Source: Candidatus Poribacteria bacterium
GTDB lineage: Bacteria; Poribacteria; WGA-4E; WGA-3G
Length of the DNA stretch: 64,000 nucleotides
Assembly (NCBI GenBank): GCA_026706025.1
Contig: JAPOZO010000087.1
Span: 15,522 to 79,521 of the forward strand
Direction of reading: 5' to 3'
Within the stretch, counting starts at the first letter, position 1; the number at the start of each line of letters is the position of its first letter. This document shows, piece by piece, positions 8,616 to 18,175 of the stretch. The position numbers and the translations under genes are program-made. The notes under the pieces are model-generated. The model did not search any database. It was not told the DNA's origin and worked only from the letters and a program-made list of their open reading frames with translations.

Positions 8616-10202
8616 ATGGTTGAATTTTACGATACAACGCTCAGGGATGGCAGCCAAGCAGAAGGCGTGGCGTTTTCTGTTGAAGATAAACTCATCATCA
8701 TAGAAGCACTTGATAAATTAGGGATCCGCTACATTGAGGGGGGTTACCCAGGTTCCAATCCGAAAGATATAGAATTTTTCAAGCGGGCGAAGGGGCTGGC
8801 ACTCGAAACAGCGACGATTGTGCCATTTGGTAGCACGAGATACCCGACTTATACCGCCGATGCCGATCCGAATCTATCTGCTTTGCTGGACACGGGGGCA
8901 CGAACTGTCACGATATTCGGGAAAAGTTGGCGGCTCCATGCGACCGATGTCCTGCGCGTGACGGCTGAAGAGAACTTGGAATTAATTGAGAGTTCTGTCC
9001 GATACCTCGTGGAGAACGGTCGCGAGGTAATTTACGATGCGGAGCACTTTTTTGATGGCTACGCCGATGACGCTGCGTATGCAGTAGAAACACTGCGAGC
9101 CGCTGCAGCAGGTGGTGCGAGTTGTCTCGTCCTCTGTGATACCAACGGTGGTAGATTGCCATTGGAGATCCAGGAAGGTGTCAAGGTCGTCCTCGCCGAG
9201 TTATCTTTGCCTGTCGGCATTCACACGCACAACGATGCTGGGATGGGTGCGGCAAACTCGGTATTGGCTGTACAGGCTGGTGCGACCCACATACAAGGTA
9301 CATTCAACGGCTATGGTGAACGGTGTGGAAACGCTAATCTCGCCTCTATTATCCCTACGGTTCAACTCAAACTCGGGATAAAGTGTCTCAGCGATGTGCA
9401 GCTGCAAGGATTAACGAGCGTATCACGACTTATCAGCGAATTGGCGAACCTCCCGCATGATGAGCGTCAACCCTATGTGGGACGTTCTGCTTTTGCGCAT
9501 AAGGGGGGTTTACATACCGATGCGATCCGTAAAAACCGCCTTACTTATGAACACATCATACCCGAAACGGTTGGCAATACGCAACGGATTCTCGTCTCTG
9601 ACCAAGCCGGACGCGGCACGATCATGAAAAAAATTGAGAAGGAGTATCCGGATTACGATAAGAATTCACCGCAGGTGTTAGAACTCTTCAAGCGTCTCAA
9701 AGAAGCCGAACAAGAAGGTTACCAATACGAAGCCGCTGAAGCATCGTTTGAACTTTTGACACATAAGGTGTTTAACGGATATGAGTCCTTCTTTGATCCT
9801 GTCGGTTTTCGCGTGATTATTGAGCAGTTCACTGATTTCGCGATGCGTTCCGAAGCAACCGTAAAGGTCACGACACCAGACGGTCTGACTGCACATACCG
9901 CTGCCGATGGCGATGGTCCGGTCAACGCACTTGACACGGCACTCCGAAAGGCTCTCGAACAGTTCTATCCCGCCCTGCAGACAGTCCGGCTCATAGATTA
10001 CAAAGTCCGAGTGCTGGATACCAAAGCTGGCACTGGTTCAAAAGTCAGAGTGCTGATTGAAGCGAGTGACGGAGAGAAAAGTTGGAGAACCGTCGGTGTC
10101 TCAGAGAATATCATCTCCGCGAGTTGCGAGGCACTGCTTGATAGTTTTGAATATAAACTCTATACGGATAAAAAAGTCACTGCCTTACAACAGTCGGAAT
10201 AA
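8616..10202 (+). CDS. cimA: (R)-citramalate synthase
   Basis: It has FYDTTLRDGSQ, HTHNDAGMGAANS and a C-terminal LeuA-dimer-type regulatory domain. Its length of about 528 aa is typical of CimA rather than LeuA. The ATG at 8616 is preferred over the TTG at 8565. Confidence 0.8.
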   Translation: MVEFYDTTLRDGSQAEGVAFSVEDKLIIIEALDKLGIRYIEGGYPGSNPKDIEFFKRAKGLALETATIVPFGSTRYPTYTADADPNLSALLDTGARTVTIFGKSWRLHATDVLRVTAEENLELIESSVRYLVENGREVIYDAEHFFDGYADDAAYAVETLRAAAAGGASCLVLCDTNGGRLPLEIQEGVKVVLAELSLPVGIHTHNDAGMGAANSVLAVQAGATHIQGTFNGYGERCGNANLASIIPTVQLKLGIKCLSDVQLQGLTSVSRLISELANLPHDERQPYVGRSAFAHKGGLHTDAIRKNRLTYEHIIPETVGNTQRILVSDQAGRGTIMKKIEKEYPDYDKNSPQVLELFKRLKEAEQEGYQYEAAEASFELLTHKVFNGYESFFDPVGFRVIIEQFTDFAMRSEATVKVTTPDGLTAHTAADGDGPVNALDTALRKALEQFYPALQTVRLIDYKVRVLDTKAGTGSKVRVLIEASDGEKSWRTVGVSENIISASCEALLDSFEYKLYTDKKVTALQQSE

Positions 10203-10301
10203 TTGTCTGGAATAGGTACGTCTCCTGTCACAAATCTCGCCTGCAAATCACGTTAAAAAATCTAATATCGGGGTACCTTGTTAGGCATCTTAGGGGGAAA
10301 C

Positions 10302-10922
10302 ATGGGACATTTAGACACAATTGAAAAATCTGCCCAGAAATTGATCGCGCTCTGCCAGAAGGAGAAGCAGACAAAGACCGACAAGGAAAAGATGTTGGCA
10401 ATACAGGCGGACATCCTTGCAGGCATCGAAAACCTCGCCGAATGTGAACTCTGTGGGTCAATCAGTGAAATTATTGTAACGATGACCTTGGGAGATGTCA
10501 CAGCGAAGTTATGTAAAGAATGTGGAGTCAAATCCTTGGAGGCAGGGAAAATTCAGTCCGCTAAACAGGGAACTTCTCGAAAACGTGCCCGTCGTGCGAA
10601 GACACTGACAGCGTCGTCTGCCGAGTCGAAACCTAAAGCTAAGCCCACCCGGACCAAGCAAGCAAAACCCGTTGAGGAGCCGGAATCTCCTGCTGTGCTA
10701 CATACCCGCGTTGAGGCACAGACAGGCATCAAGAAAGCCGATGTTAAACGGCTCCATAAGATTGTACAAGACATTGCTGCCCCGATGAGTCCGGAGCATA
10801 CACTAACTTATGTGCAACGCGAGGTAGAGATAGCGAAAATAAAGGTGGACGCGAACGCTTTGAAAAAGGCGGTCACGCTTTTAACGCAGCGTAGCGGTTC
10901 ACAGGCTGTATCTGCGGTTTAG
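10302..10922 (+). CDS. Hypothetical protein with a CxxC...CxxC zinc-ribbon-like motif and a basic Lys/Arg-rich linker
   Basis: The zinc-ribbon-like motif is CELCGS...CKECG, followed by SRKRARRAKT...KPKAKPTRTKQAKP. AGGGGGA precedes the ATG at 10302. Confidence 0.5.
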   Translation: MGHLDTIEKSAQKLIALCQKEKQTKTDKEKMLAIQADILAGIENLAECELCGSISEIIVTMTLGDVTAKLCKECGVKSLEAGKIQSAKQGTSRKRARRAKTLTASSAESKPKAKPTRTKQAKPVEEPESPAVLHTRVEAQTGIKKADVKRLHKIVQDIAAPMSPEHTLTYVQREVEIAKIKVDANALKKAVTLLTQRSGSQAVSAV

Positions 10923-11920
10923 CCTGTTTGGATGTGCTTTGCCCATTCCCGATTTGCCTGATACCATTCCACAAGTGCGGTTATTCCCTCTCGAAAAGTG
11001 ACCTGTGGTCGCCACTCTAAAAGTTTTTCCGCCTTTCGGATATCTGCCCACGTTGCACGCACATCTGCGGGATGGAACGGTTGATGTGAGAGTTCCGCTT
11101 CTTTGCCAATTAATTCCTCTATCAGTCGAATCGTATCAATCAGCACGATGGGACTATCTGAACCGAGATTAATCACTTCGTACTTGAGCGGTTTCAACCC
11201 TGCAATCACACCCCGGGCAATGTCTTCGAGATAGGTATAGTCTCGCGAGGACTGTTTGCCATCGCCATAGACAATAACCGGTTTTCCTTCGCTAATCCAT
11301 TGGACGAAGCGGAACGCACTCATGTCAGGTCTACCAGCGGGCCCATAGACAGTGAAAAAACGGAAGATTGTCACGTCGATACCGTAGAGATGGTGGTAAC
11401 TGTGACAAAGCGATTCGGCACCTTTTTTTGAAGCAGCATAAGGGGATAAGGGACCGTCTGTGTTCGCTTCCTCACTGAACGGAAGTGAGTTGTTCGCACC
11501 GTAGAGGCTTGATGTTGAAGCCAATACAAATTTACTTACTTCAAACTCACGGCATAACTCTAACAGGTTTAGCGTCCCGGTCACGTTCGTATCAACGTAT
11601 ACCCACGGATTTTCCACAGACTGCCGGACACCGGCGCGTGCTGCAAGGTTAATCACAGCATTAAAAGTAGTAGGCACACTCCGCTGTGCCGTATCAGAAC
11701 CTCTAAATATTTTTCGCAGTGCATCTCGGTCGCAGATGTCAAAACGGTGGAATTCAAAGTTTGGGGTGCCTTCGAGTTGCTTGAGTCTCCACTGCTTGAC
11801 ACGTATGTCGTAAGCGGTATTTATGTTATCAACCCCGACGACGGTATGACCCATCTCCAGCAAAAATTCCGTCACTTTCCATCCGATAAATCCTGCACAG
11901 CCGGTTACGAGATATTTCAT
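10919..11920 (-). CDS. NAD-dependent sugar-nucleotide epimerase/dehydratase (UDP-glucuronate 4-epimerase-like SDR)
   Basis: The Rossmann motif is VTGCAGFIGWKV and the catalytic motif is YAASKKGAE (YxxxK). Confidence 0.8.
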   Translation of the reverse strand: MKYLVTGCAGFIGWKVTEFLLEMGHTVVGVDNINTAYDIRVKQWRLKQLEGTPNFEFHRFDICDRDALRKIFRGSDTAQRSVPTTFNAVINLAARAGVRQSVENPWVYVDTNVTGTLNLLELCREFEVSKFVLASTSSLYGANNSLPFSEEANTDGPLSPYAASKKGAESLCHSYHHLYGIDVTIFRFFTVYGPAGRPDMSAFRFVQWISEGKPVIVYGDGKQSSRDYTYLEDIARGVIAGLKPLKYEVINLGSDSPIVLIDTIRLIEELIGKEAELSHQPFHPADVRATWADIRKAEKLLEWRPQVTFREGITALVEWYQANREWAKHIQTG

Positions 11921-11964
11921 AGGTATTCACTTTCAGCCTTTCAGCAAGTTTGCTATTAAAACTC

Positions 11965-12822
11965 TCAATCCGATTTGAACTCGTCAAAACGTTCTTGAAA
12001 CATCGACAGTGCCATTTTTGACATCTCGTATTGCGTTTGGGTATCTGTCTCCAGTTTTTGCAATTCAGCTTCGTGCAGGGACATTAGCGCGTCAACCGCC
12101 TCAACTTCTTCTTTCAATGCTTTGATGGCATCAAACTCGGAGGTTTCTTTGGTGCATGCTATCAGCAATTCGTGGTAAAGCGTTACGCCGTTATCAAACC
12201 TTTTGAGGTCTTTACGAATACGACTCAACACGCTACGGTAAGTCTCTGGCACTACCGGTCTTTCTGTCTCGGCTAACGTTTTTAAGGCAGTCCCTAATTG
12301 CGTCAACTCAAGCTGCTTATCCGACCAAATAATTTTCTTTGCGACACCGTCTACACTGTCATTATCTATAACAGGCGCGTGCTTTTTTAGGTTATCGTGG
12401 AGTTGTGTCTCCAATTCAGCTAACCCAGATTGGAACATCTTGAGACGGTGATTGAATTCCTCAGCGTATGCCCGAATTTCAGGGAACTTCTCATGAAGCG
12501 TCTCGTGCTTCTCTTTCAATTTGTGAACCTTCAATGTGTAAGTCGGGTAACGTACCTTCAAACTCTGAGAAAGTGTGAGTACTTCTTGCCGTTCACTTTT
12601 AGTAAGTTTTCTGGGCTGTTTGCCCTCTAATGTTCCCATTAGTCCGTAAGCAGCGGCGGAGAAACCGCAGACAGTTAGAAATAACGCTAAAATATGGAAC
12701 AGCGTATCGTCTGCTGCTACCCACATCGCGAACAGCCCGAATCCACCAAGGAGCAGTCCAGTAACAAGCGGAAAGATTGGACTGGATAGGTAATTTTCGA
12801 CTTTGGGTTCTGTAGAAGACAT
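11965..12822 (-). CDS. Hypothetical membrane-anchored coiled-coil protein
   Basis: There are two N-terminal TM helices (IFPLVTGLLLGGFGLFAMWV and LALFLTVCGFSAAAYGLMG). The remainder is heptad-rich and helical. Confidence 0.5.
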   Translation of the reverse strand: MSSTEPKVENYLSSPIFPLVTGLLLGGFGLFAMWVAADDTLFHILALFLTVCGFSAAAYGLMGTLEGKQPRKLTKSERQEVLTLSQSLKVRYPTYTLKVHKLKEKHETLHEKFPEIRAYAEEFNHRLKMFQSGLAELETQLHDNLKKHAPVIDNDSVDGVAKKIIWSDKQLELTQLGTALKTLAETERPVVPETYRSVLSRIRKDLKRFDNGVTLYHELLIACTKETSEFDAIKALKEEVEAVDALMSLHEAELQKLETDTQTQYEMSKMALSMFQERFDEFKSD

Positions 12823-12870
12823 ATTTTTCTCCTATTACAATGGGTTGGACGCGGTTGGTTACTTTTCTTG

Positions 12871-12904
12871 AATAAAAAAATAGAAGGGATCGCAGGGCAG
12901 ATCC
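12871..12904 (-). terminator. Weak intrinsic terminator after the thioredoxin-fold gene
   Basis: In the minus sense, a GGATC/GATCC stem with an 8-nt loop is followed by CTTCTATTTTTTT. Confidence 0.35.
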
Positions 12905-12912
12905 AGAAAAAA

Positions 12913-13461
12913 TTACTCTTCGTCAGGGGCGGTTAAAAGTTTGTCGATTTCCTTTTTAAGTTCGGCATAAGCCTCCGGTTTGAAATCCGCTTTTCGGTGG
13001 AATACAATCGTGCCTTTCTGCGAGATTAGGTAGAGCGTCGGTTTCTTTTTTTCTGTCTGATACTGTTTATGCACTTCGCCTTTCCAATCCAGTAGGAATT
13101 TCACAGGCGGCGGGTTTTTCTTGAGTTGACCTCTAATAAACCGTTTCGGTATGAACCCCGGAACGCTCCGCATATCGGCGATGATATAGGCGTTAACCTG
13201 TGTGTTCTCTCGATAATCCTTCTGAAACGCCTCTGCCCATTTGTCGTCTTCCTTCCGAATTTTCCGGTTACCGAGAATCAGAAAGACGACCTTACCGCGC
13301 AGCTTCTTCAGGTTATGTTCTTTCTCTTCAGGGTCTTGGAGCGTCCAATCCGGTGCTGTGTCGCCAACTTTTGGCGGTGCTGGCTCAGCCTGTTCGTCGG
13401 CGAAACTCGCGAGCATCCCGAAAAACGCGATACTGATGATAGCAACGATAAATAATTTCAT
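12913..13461 (-). CDS. Exported thioredoxin-fold (TlpA/AhpC-TSA-like) protein lacking the CxxC motif
   Basis: VGDTAPDWTLQDPEEKEHNLKKLRGKVVFLILG matches the redoxin N-terminal pattern. The position of WCxxC reads GNRKIR. A signal peptide is present. GGAGGG precedes the ATG at 13461. Confidence 0.45.
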   Translation of the reverse strand: MKLFIVAIISIAFFGMLASFADEQAEPAPPKVGDTAPDWTLQDPEEKEHNLKKLRGKVVFLILGNRKIRKEDDKWAEAFQKDYRENTQVNAYIIADMRSVPGFIPKRFIRGQLKKNPPPVKFLLDWKGEVHKQYQTEKKKPTLYLISQKGTIVFHRKADFKPEAYAELKKEIDKLLTAPDEE

Positions 13462-13531
13462 GACCCAGCCCTCCGTTTGCCCTATGTATTTCCTATCCAC
13501 ATTTTAACACAGTCTTCCAGTAATTGTCAAA

Positions 13532-13560
13532 TTGACTTTTTACGGGAAACCTGCTATCCT
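13532..13560 (+). promoter_or_regulatory. Sigma-70 promoter of the protease-TPR operon
   Basis: TTGACT (13532-13537), a 17-nt spacer, then TATCCT (13555-13560). Confidence 0.45.
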
Positions 13561-13677
13561 ATTATGGAATGTTTTAAGCATTTCCAGCGTTTTGTAGTTG
13601 CGGGAGTCCTCCTACACCTATCTAACCTTTATTGGTCAACTCATAATGAAGCCTAAACCATAAGAAAGATCGTGCTT

Positions 13678-16182
13678 ATGACATATAGTAGAAAATTTTT
13701 ATTCGCATTACTTATTTTCGGGATCCTATGCTCTTGTACACAGACTCCCGAGCAGCGTGCTAAAGATGCTACAGTCCTGATAGTTATCGGAGAGGCAGAC
13801 AGCGGTATCAACCACGGTAGCGGCTTTTTCGTAGGACGTGATAAAATTGCGACCAATATCCATGTTGTTGCTGGTGCAAGAATGGTTTTCGCTGTTGGGA
13901 AAACAAAAGTTTACAATATTGAAAAGGTCACTGGATATGATCTCGACCGTGACTTGGTTGTTCTAAAGGTGGAAGGTAAAGGCAACCCCCTTGAAATTGG
14001 CGAAGGAAAAATAAACGAACCCATTTTCCTCGCAGGTTACCCCGGTGGAGCTTACGATGTCACAAAGGGCAAAGTACACGGCATCCGAAACAGCGACAAA
14101 CAACTTCGGTTGGTCCCCGAAGGTTTTCCAGAAAATCGCGGGGCTTCTGTTGTTTCTACTGGGAACAGTGGCGGACCAGTCCTAAACAGCAACGGACAAG
14201 TTATTGGAATCGCCGTTTCCACAGCCGAGAATTTTAGTTTCGCCAGTACTTCAATGGCACTGAAGTCATTGCTTAATTCAGATGAGCAAAATCTCTCGGA
14301 TTGGCAAAAGAAAGATCCTATACTTGCCTTTGTCTATGAAATGTGGGGGCATAATAAATTAGAAAACCATGATTATGATCTGGCAGTAGAAGGGATTAAT
14401 AAAGCCATTCCATTATACCGGTATGCTGATGCCTACACGATCCGAGGGCAGGCAAAATACAGCCTCAAACGGCATCAGGAGGCGATTAAAGACTTTGATG
14501 ACGCGATCGGATTGATCCCAGATAATTTCGCCGTCTACTTCCTTAGAGGTATAGCGAATCTAAACAAGGGTAACTACGGGAACGCAATTCAAGACTTTAA
14601 CAAAACTCTTGAATTAAATCCAGATTATGCAGAAGCTTACCGTCATCGAGGCATTGCGAAAAAAAGAAAGCCTAACCCAGATTATGCAGGTGCGGTTGAC
14701 GACTATACTGAAGCCATCAAACGAAATCCGAAGGATGCCCGTGCCTATAACAACCGAGGCAACGTAAAATTGAACAGGAACGACTACGATGGAGCATTTG
14801 ACGATTGTACAGAAGCCATCAAACGAAATCCGAAAAATGCTTATGCCTATTTTAATCGGGGCATCGCGCAAGCAAAAAAGCCTAACCCAGATTATGCAGG
14901 TGCGATTGACGACTATACCGAAGCCATCGGCCTAAATTCAGATTATACGCTGTTGGGACAGCTCTACCTCAATCTTGGGGACATGCAGAAAAACTTAGGT
15001 CAATATGAAAAAGCCAATCTAAACTTAGCTAAAGCTTACTATTGCTGGGGTAGAGCCGATGCTAACAGCGATAACTATCAAAAGGCAATTAGAAAATTTG
15101 ATAAATCCATTGCGTTAAATCCGGATGACAAGACCTATTATGCGCGGGGCAATGCAAAGCAGAAAAGCAGCGACTATGAAGGTGCTATTCAAGACTATAC
15201 AGCAGCTATCAGCCAGAATTCAGATTATGCGAAAGCCTATTATGCACGCGGCGATGTGCGACTCTTGCTTAGTGACGACGGTGATTATCAAGCAGCGGGT
15301 GCTGACTTTAAAACGGCTATCAAACTAAATCTAAATTACCCGGAAGCTTACTACAAATTAGGTATAACGCAGCAACGTCTTGGAGAATATCAAGCAGCAA
15401 TTAACGCCTTTGATCAAGCTATTAAATTAAAGAATCCAACGATTTATGCTGAAGCTTACAGAGCCAGAGCGGAGGCAAAGGAAACTTCACAGAAGAATAT
15501 AGAGGCTAAAGTAGATTCTATCATCGCCCATAATCATTGGGGCAATGAAGCCTACAAAAGCGGTGATTATGAAGAAGCAATTGAGCACTTTAACAAAAGT
15601 CTTGCGTTAAGCAAAAATCTTGAGCGTGCCAAAAATTTTCGAGTCAGGGCATACAACCGGCTCGGCAACATAAAAGAAAAACTTGGAAAACTCAAAGCGG
15701 ATTTAGCCGATTTAGAAGGCGCACGAAACCTATATAAAGAAGCCATCCAAAACTATGATGAAGCCATTAAATTAGCCACCAAGAATGATCTAGCTTATTA
15801 CTACACAAATAGAGGCGTGACAAAGCTCCTACGCGGAGCTAGTCGTGACCCCAACGAGGCGATTGAAGACTGTCAAGCAGCACTTCACGATTTTAATAAA
15901 GCCCTTGAACAAAAATCAAATTTTAGTTTTTCTTACCATTTTCGAGGGTCGGTGCGCTACCTACTCGGTTACGCGAAGGCGAAGCACGGACATTCAAAGG
16001 AAGCACGAAAATTGTATAAGTCGGCAATTGAAGATTTTAAGGCAGCTATTAAGTTGGATGGTGGTTACGCCGGGCACTACGGAGGTCTGGGACTTGCAAA
16101 CGCTGGGCTTGGTAAAGCGAGAGCGGCGATAGATGCTTTTGAAAAAGCGAAGCAACTAAAAGCAGCGAAGACTGAAAATTAA
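13678..16182 (+). CDS. Exported trypsin-like serine protease domain fused to a long TPR array
   Basis: The catalytic His lies in GSGFFVGRDKIATNIHVV, the Asp in DLVVLKV and the Ser in GNSGGPVLNSNGQVIGI. More than 15 TPR-like repeats follow. The N-terminal signal has a Cys (FGILCSC). Confidence 0.8.
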   Translation: MTYSRKFLFALLIFGILCSCTQTPEQRAKDATVLIVIGEADSGINHGSGFFVGRDKIATNIHVVAGARMVFAVGKTKVYNIEKVTGYDLDRDLVVLKVEGKGNPLEIGEGKINEPIFLAGYPGGAYDVTKGKVHGIRNSDKQLRLVPEGFPENRGASVVSTGNSGGPVLNSNGQVIGIAVSTAENFSFASTSMALKSLLNSDEQNLSDWQKKDPILAFVYEMWGHNKLENHDYDLAVEGINKAIPLYRYADAYTIRGQAKYSLKRHQEAIKDFDDAIGLIPDNFAVYFLRGIANLNKGNYGNAIQDFNKTLELNPDYAEAYRHRGIAKKRKPNPDYAGAVDDYTEAIKRNPKDARAYNNRGNVKLNRNDYDGAFDDCTEAIKRNPKNAYAYFNRGIAQAKKPNPDYAGAIDDYTEAIGLNSDYTLLGQLYLNLGDMQKNLGQYEKANLNLAKAYYCWGRADANSDNYQKAIRKFDKSIALNPDDKTYYARGNAKQKSSDYEGAIQDYTAAISQNSDYAKAYYARGDVRLLLSDDGDYQAAGADFKTAIKLNLNYPEAYYKLGITQQRLGEYQAAINAFDQAIKLKNPTIYAEAYRARAEAKETSQKNIEAKVDSIIAHNHWGNEAYKSGDYEEAIEHFNKSLALSKNLERAKNFRVRAYNRLGNIKEKLGKLKADLADLEGARNLYKEAIQNYDEAIKLATKNDLAYYYTNRGVTKLLRGASRDPNEAIEDCQAALHDFNKALEQKSNFSFSYHFRGSVRYLLGYAKAKHGHSKEARKLYKSAIEDFKAAIKLDGGYAGHYGGLGLANAGLGKARAAIDAFEKAKQLKAAKTEN
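14668..14928 (+). repeat. Near-identical intragenic DNA repeats inside the TPR array
   Basis: The 51-nt segment 14668-14718 recurs at 14878-14928 with 2 mismatches (period 210 nt). The 23-mer GAAGCCATCAAACGAAATCCGAA occurs at 14710 and 14812. Confidence 0.85.
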
Positions 16183-16185
16183 AAT

Positions 16186-16887
16186 ATGAACATTGAACGC
16201 ACTATCCCTACACTTTTGAATCAGATTCGGGAGGAACTCCTCCCGCATATTGCACGTTCTTCGGCAATCCAGACGGCTGAGAGCTTGCAACTCTTTCGGA
16301 GTCAGCTCCACAGTCTCCATTACTACTGTGTTCGCGCGCAAATCCCCGAAGCAGTTTGCAATCGTGTAGAGATCTTGCTTTCAACGAGTGCAGATTTTTG
16401 GCGGCTTATCGCTGATAACGAGTTGGTGCTGACAAACTTAAAGGATTTTACGCGCGTTCGCACTTTCTCGGCAGAGGCGGAAGGGATCACTAACCTTGAG
16501 GAGCTTCTTTCTGGTGAAGATACGCTCCGGGATGTGGTTATCAACAGTGTGGCGTTTATGCTCAATTGGAAGGCGAATACGATCTGGGTAGATTCTGCTA
16601 AGAAGGCACGCACTGCAATGGCAAAGAATTACATGCTCGAAATTCAAGATCGCATTTGGCAGTTTATTAAGGAGAGTACACCGGAGACAGAAGAAGACGA
16701 TTTAGAGAAAGCCGAGCAGGTCCGTGAACGTGCGGATAGGTTACTCGCCGTGATTTATGCCAGCGATTTGCCAACGGAAGCGCAGGTCACGCTACTCATG
16801 CAAATCTACACACTACTGTTGCGACTGCAACTTGGTCAACTGATTCTTCAATTAGAGGCACTTCAGGAGAGTGATACGGACGCATGA
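16186..16887 (+). CDS. Hypothetical all-helical cytoplasmic protein
   Basis: It starts 4 nt after the protease-TPR stop codon. Its own stop overlaps the next start (ATGA). I recognised no motif. Confidence 0.55.
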   Translation: MNIERTIPTLLNQIREELLPHIARSSAIQTAESLQLFRSQLHSLHYYCVRAQIPEAVCNRVEILLSTSADFWRLIADNELVLTNLKDFTRVRTFSAEAEGITNLEELLSGEDTLRDVVINSVAFMLNWKANTIWVDSAKKARTAMAKNYMLEIQDRIWQFIKESTPETEEDDLEKAEQVRERADRLLAVIYASDLPTEAQVTLLMQIYTLLLRLQLGQLILQLEALQESDTDA

Positions 16888-18164
16888 GAACACACTTTTT
16901 CAGTGCAGCTTGCCATATCAAATGCCTCCGTTCCAATTATTCACGCCGTAGGGCAAAAACCGCTTGCTTCAGCACACTCCCGCTGCTTCTGTTTTGCAGT
17001 GTCCTCTCCGCTGATGTGCCAATGTCAGATGCTGAATTATTGCCGGGAAAGGAAGTGCGTATCACAGCCCCAAAGACAGGGAAAACTTTTCTCCTTTACG
17101 TTCCGGTTGATTACACCGATAAACGTCCATTTCCGGTTATTTTTTATTACCACGGTTACCGTGGGACAGCCACAACCCAGATGTTCAGGCATATAACAAA
17201 AGGAGAAGGGTTTATCATTGTCGGCATGAATTACGCAACTGATGACTATTACAAAGGACACCTCCCACCTACCAAAACAGCACCTGAAAAGGCATTTTTT
17301 TATGAAGTTATAGCACTCGTCTCAGCACGCCTGAATATAGCAATGGATTATATCTTCATGGGTGGTTATAGCCAAGGCGGCTATTCGACAACCGTTCTCG
17401 GAGAACAGTTGCTGGATCGGTTAGCAGGTTTTCTTATTTTGGGTGCAGGTAGACGCAATGTGGATATGGAACCACCGCCAACTGAACTGATTCGCGGGCA
17501 CCCGATCTTCTACGGCGCAGGCGAATTGGATGATCCACACTATCCACGCGCAAAACGCGCATCCGGGTTTTATACAGAGTGGGGCGCAGATGTGACGTTT
17601 GAGGGGTGGCCAGATGAAACACACAGTCTTTCTCCAAAATGGTCAACAAAAACGAAGATGCGAGAGTGGCTTATTGCTTATGGACCAGCGAAACAGGTTG
17701 AGTCTGGGTTTGAAAAGGCACAAATCGCTGAAAAGGATGGTAGACTGGGCGAAGCGTTCACACTTTATGCCCAAATTGTGGACATTTTGCCTGATACGGA
17801 ATTATGCCGCACAGCGAAAGAATCAGCGACACGTCTTACTACGCAAGCCGAAATCCAACTCGACCAGTTGAAAAAGGCAGGGGATAAGAAACCGTATGCT
17901 GAAGTGGTGAAGGCGTTAGAGATGTTTCGCAATACATATAGCAAGAGTGTTTTCGCGGCGCGTGCTACGCAATTGCTCAGTGAACTGTTGAATGCGAAGG
18001 CAGATGCGTTAGAAAAACGCGCCCGTGCGGCAGAAACACAGAAAAACTATGCGCGCGCGTTGCAACTCTATGAACTCTACCTGACTTATTTTCCAGAGGC
18101 GGAACGCTACCCAGAAGTCCAGAAACACGTGAAGAACTTGAAAAACAAAACAGGAACGAAGTAA
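16884..18164 (+). CDS. Exported alpha/beta-hydrolase (esterase / PHB-depolymerase-like) with a C-terminal TPR-like helical domain
   Basis: The nucleophile elbow is GGYSQGG. FPVIFYYHGYRG is typical of the esterase family. The C-terminal helical repeats include YARALQLYELYLTYFPEAERYPEV. Confidence 0.65.
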   Translation: MRTHFFSAACHIKCLRSNYSRRRAKTACFSTLPLLLFCSVLSADVPMSDAELLPGKEVRITAPKTGKTFLLYVPVDYTDKRPFPVIFYYHGYRGTATTQMFRHITKGEGFIIVGMNYATDDYYKGHLPPTKTAPEKAFFYEVIALVSARLNIAMDYIFMGGYSQGGYSTTVLGEQLLDRLAGFLILGAGRRNVDMEPPPTELIRGHPIFYGAGELDDPHYPRAKRASGFYTEWGADVTFEGWPDETHSLSPKWSTKTKMREWLIAYGPAKQVESGFEKAQIAEKDGRLGEAFTLYAQIVDILPDTELCRTAKESATRLTTQAEIQLDQLKKAGDKKPYAEVVKALEMFRNTYSKSVFAARATQLLSELLNAKADALEKRARAAETQKNYARALQLYELYLTYFPEAERYPEVQKHVKNLKNKTGTK

Positions 18165-18175
18165 AGGAGATCGGT

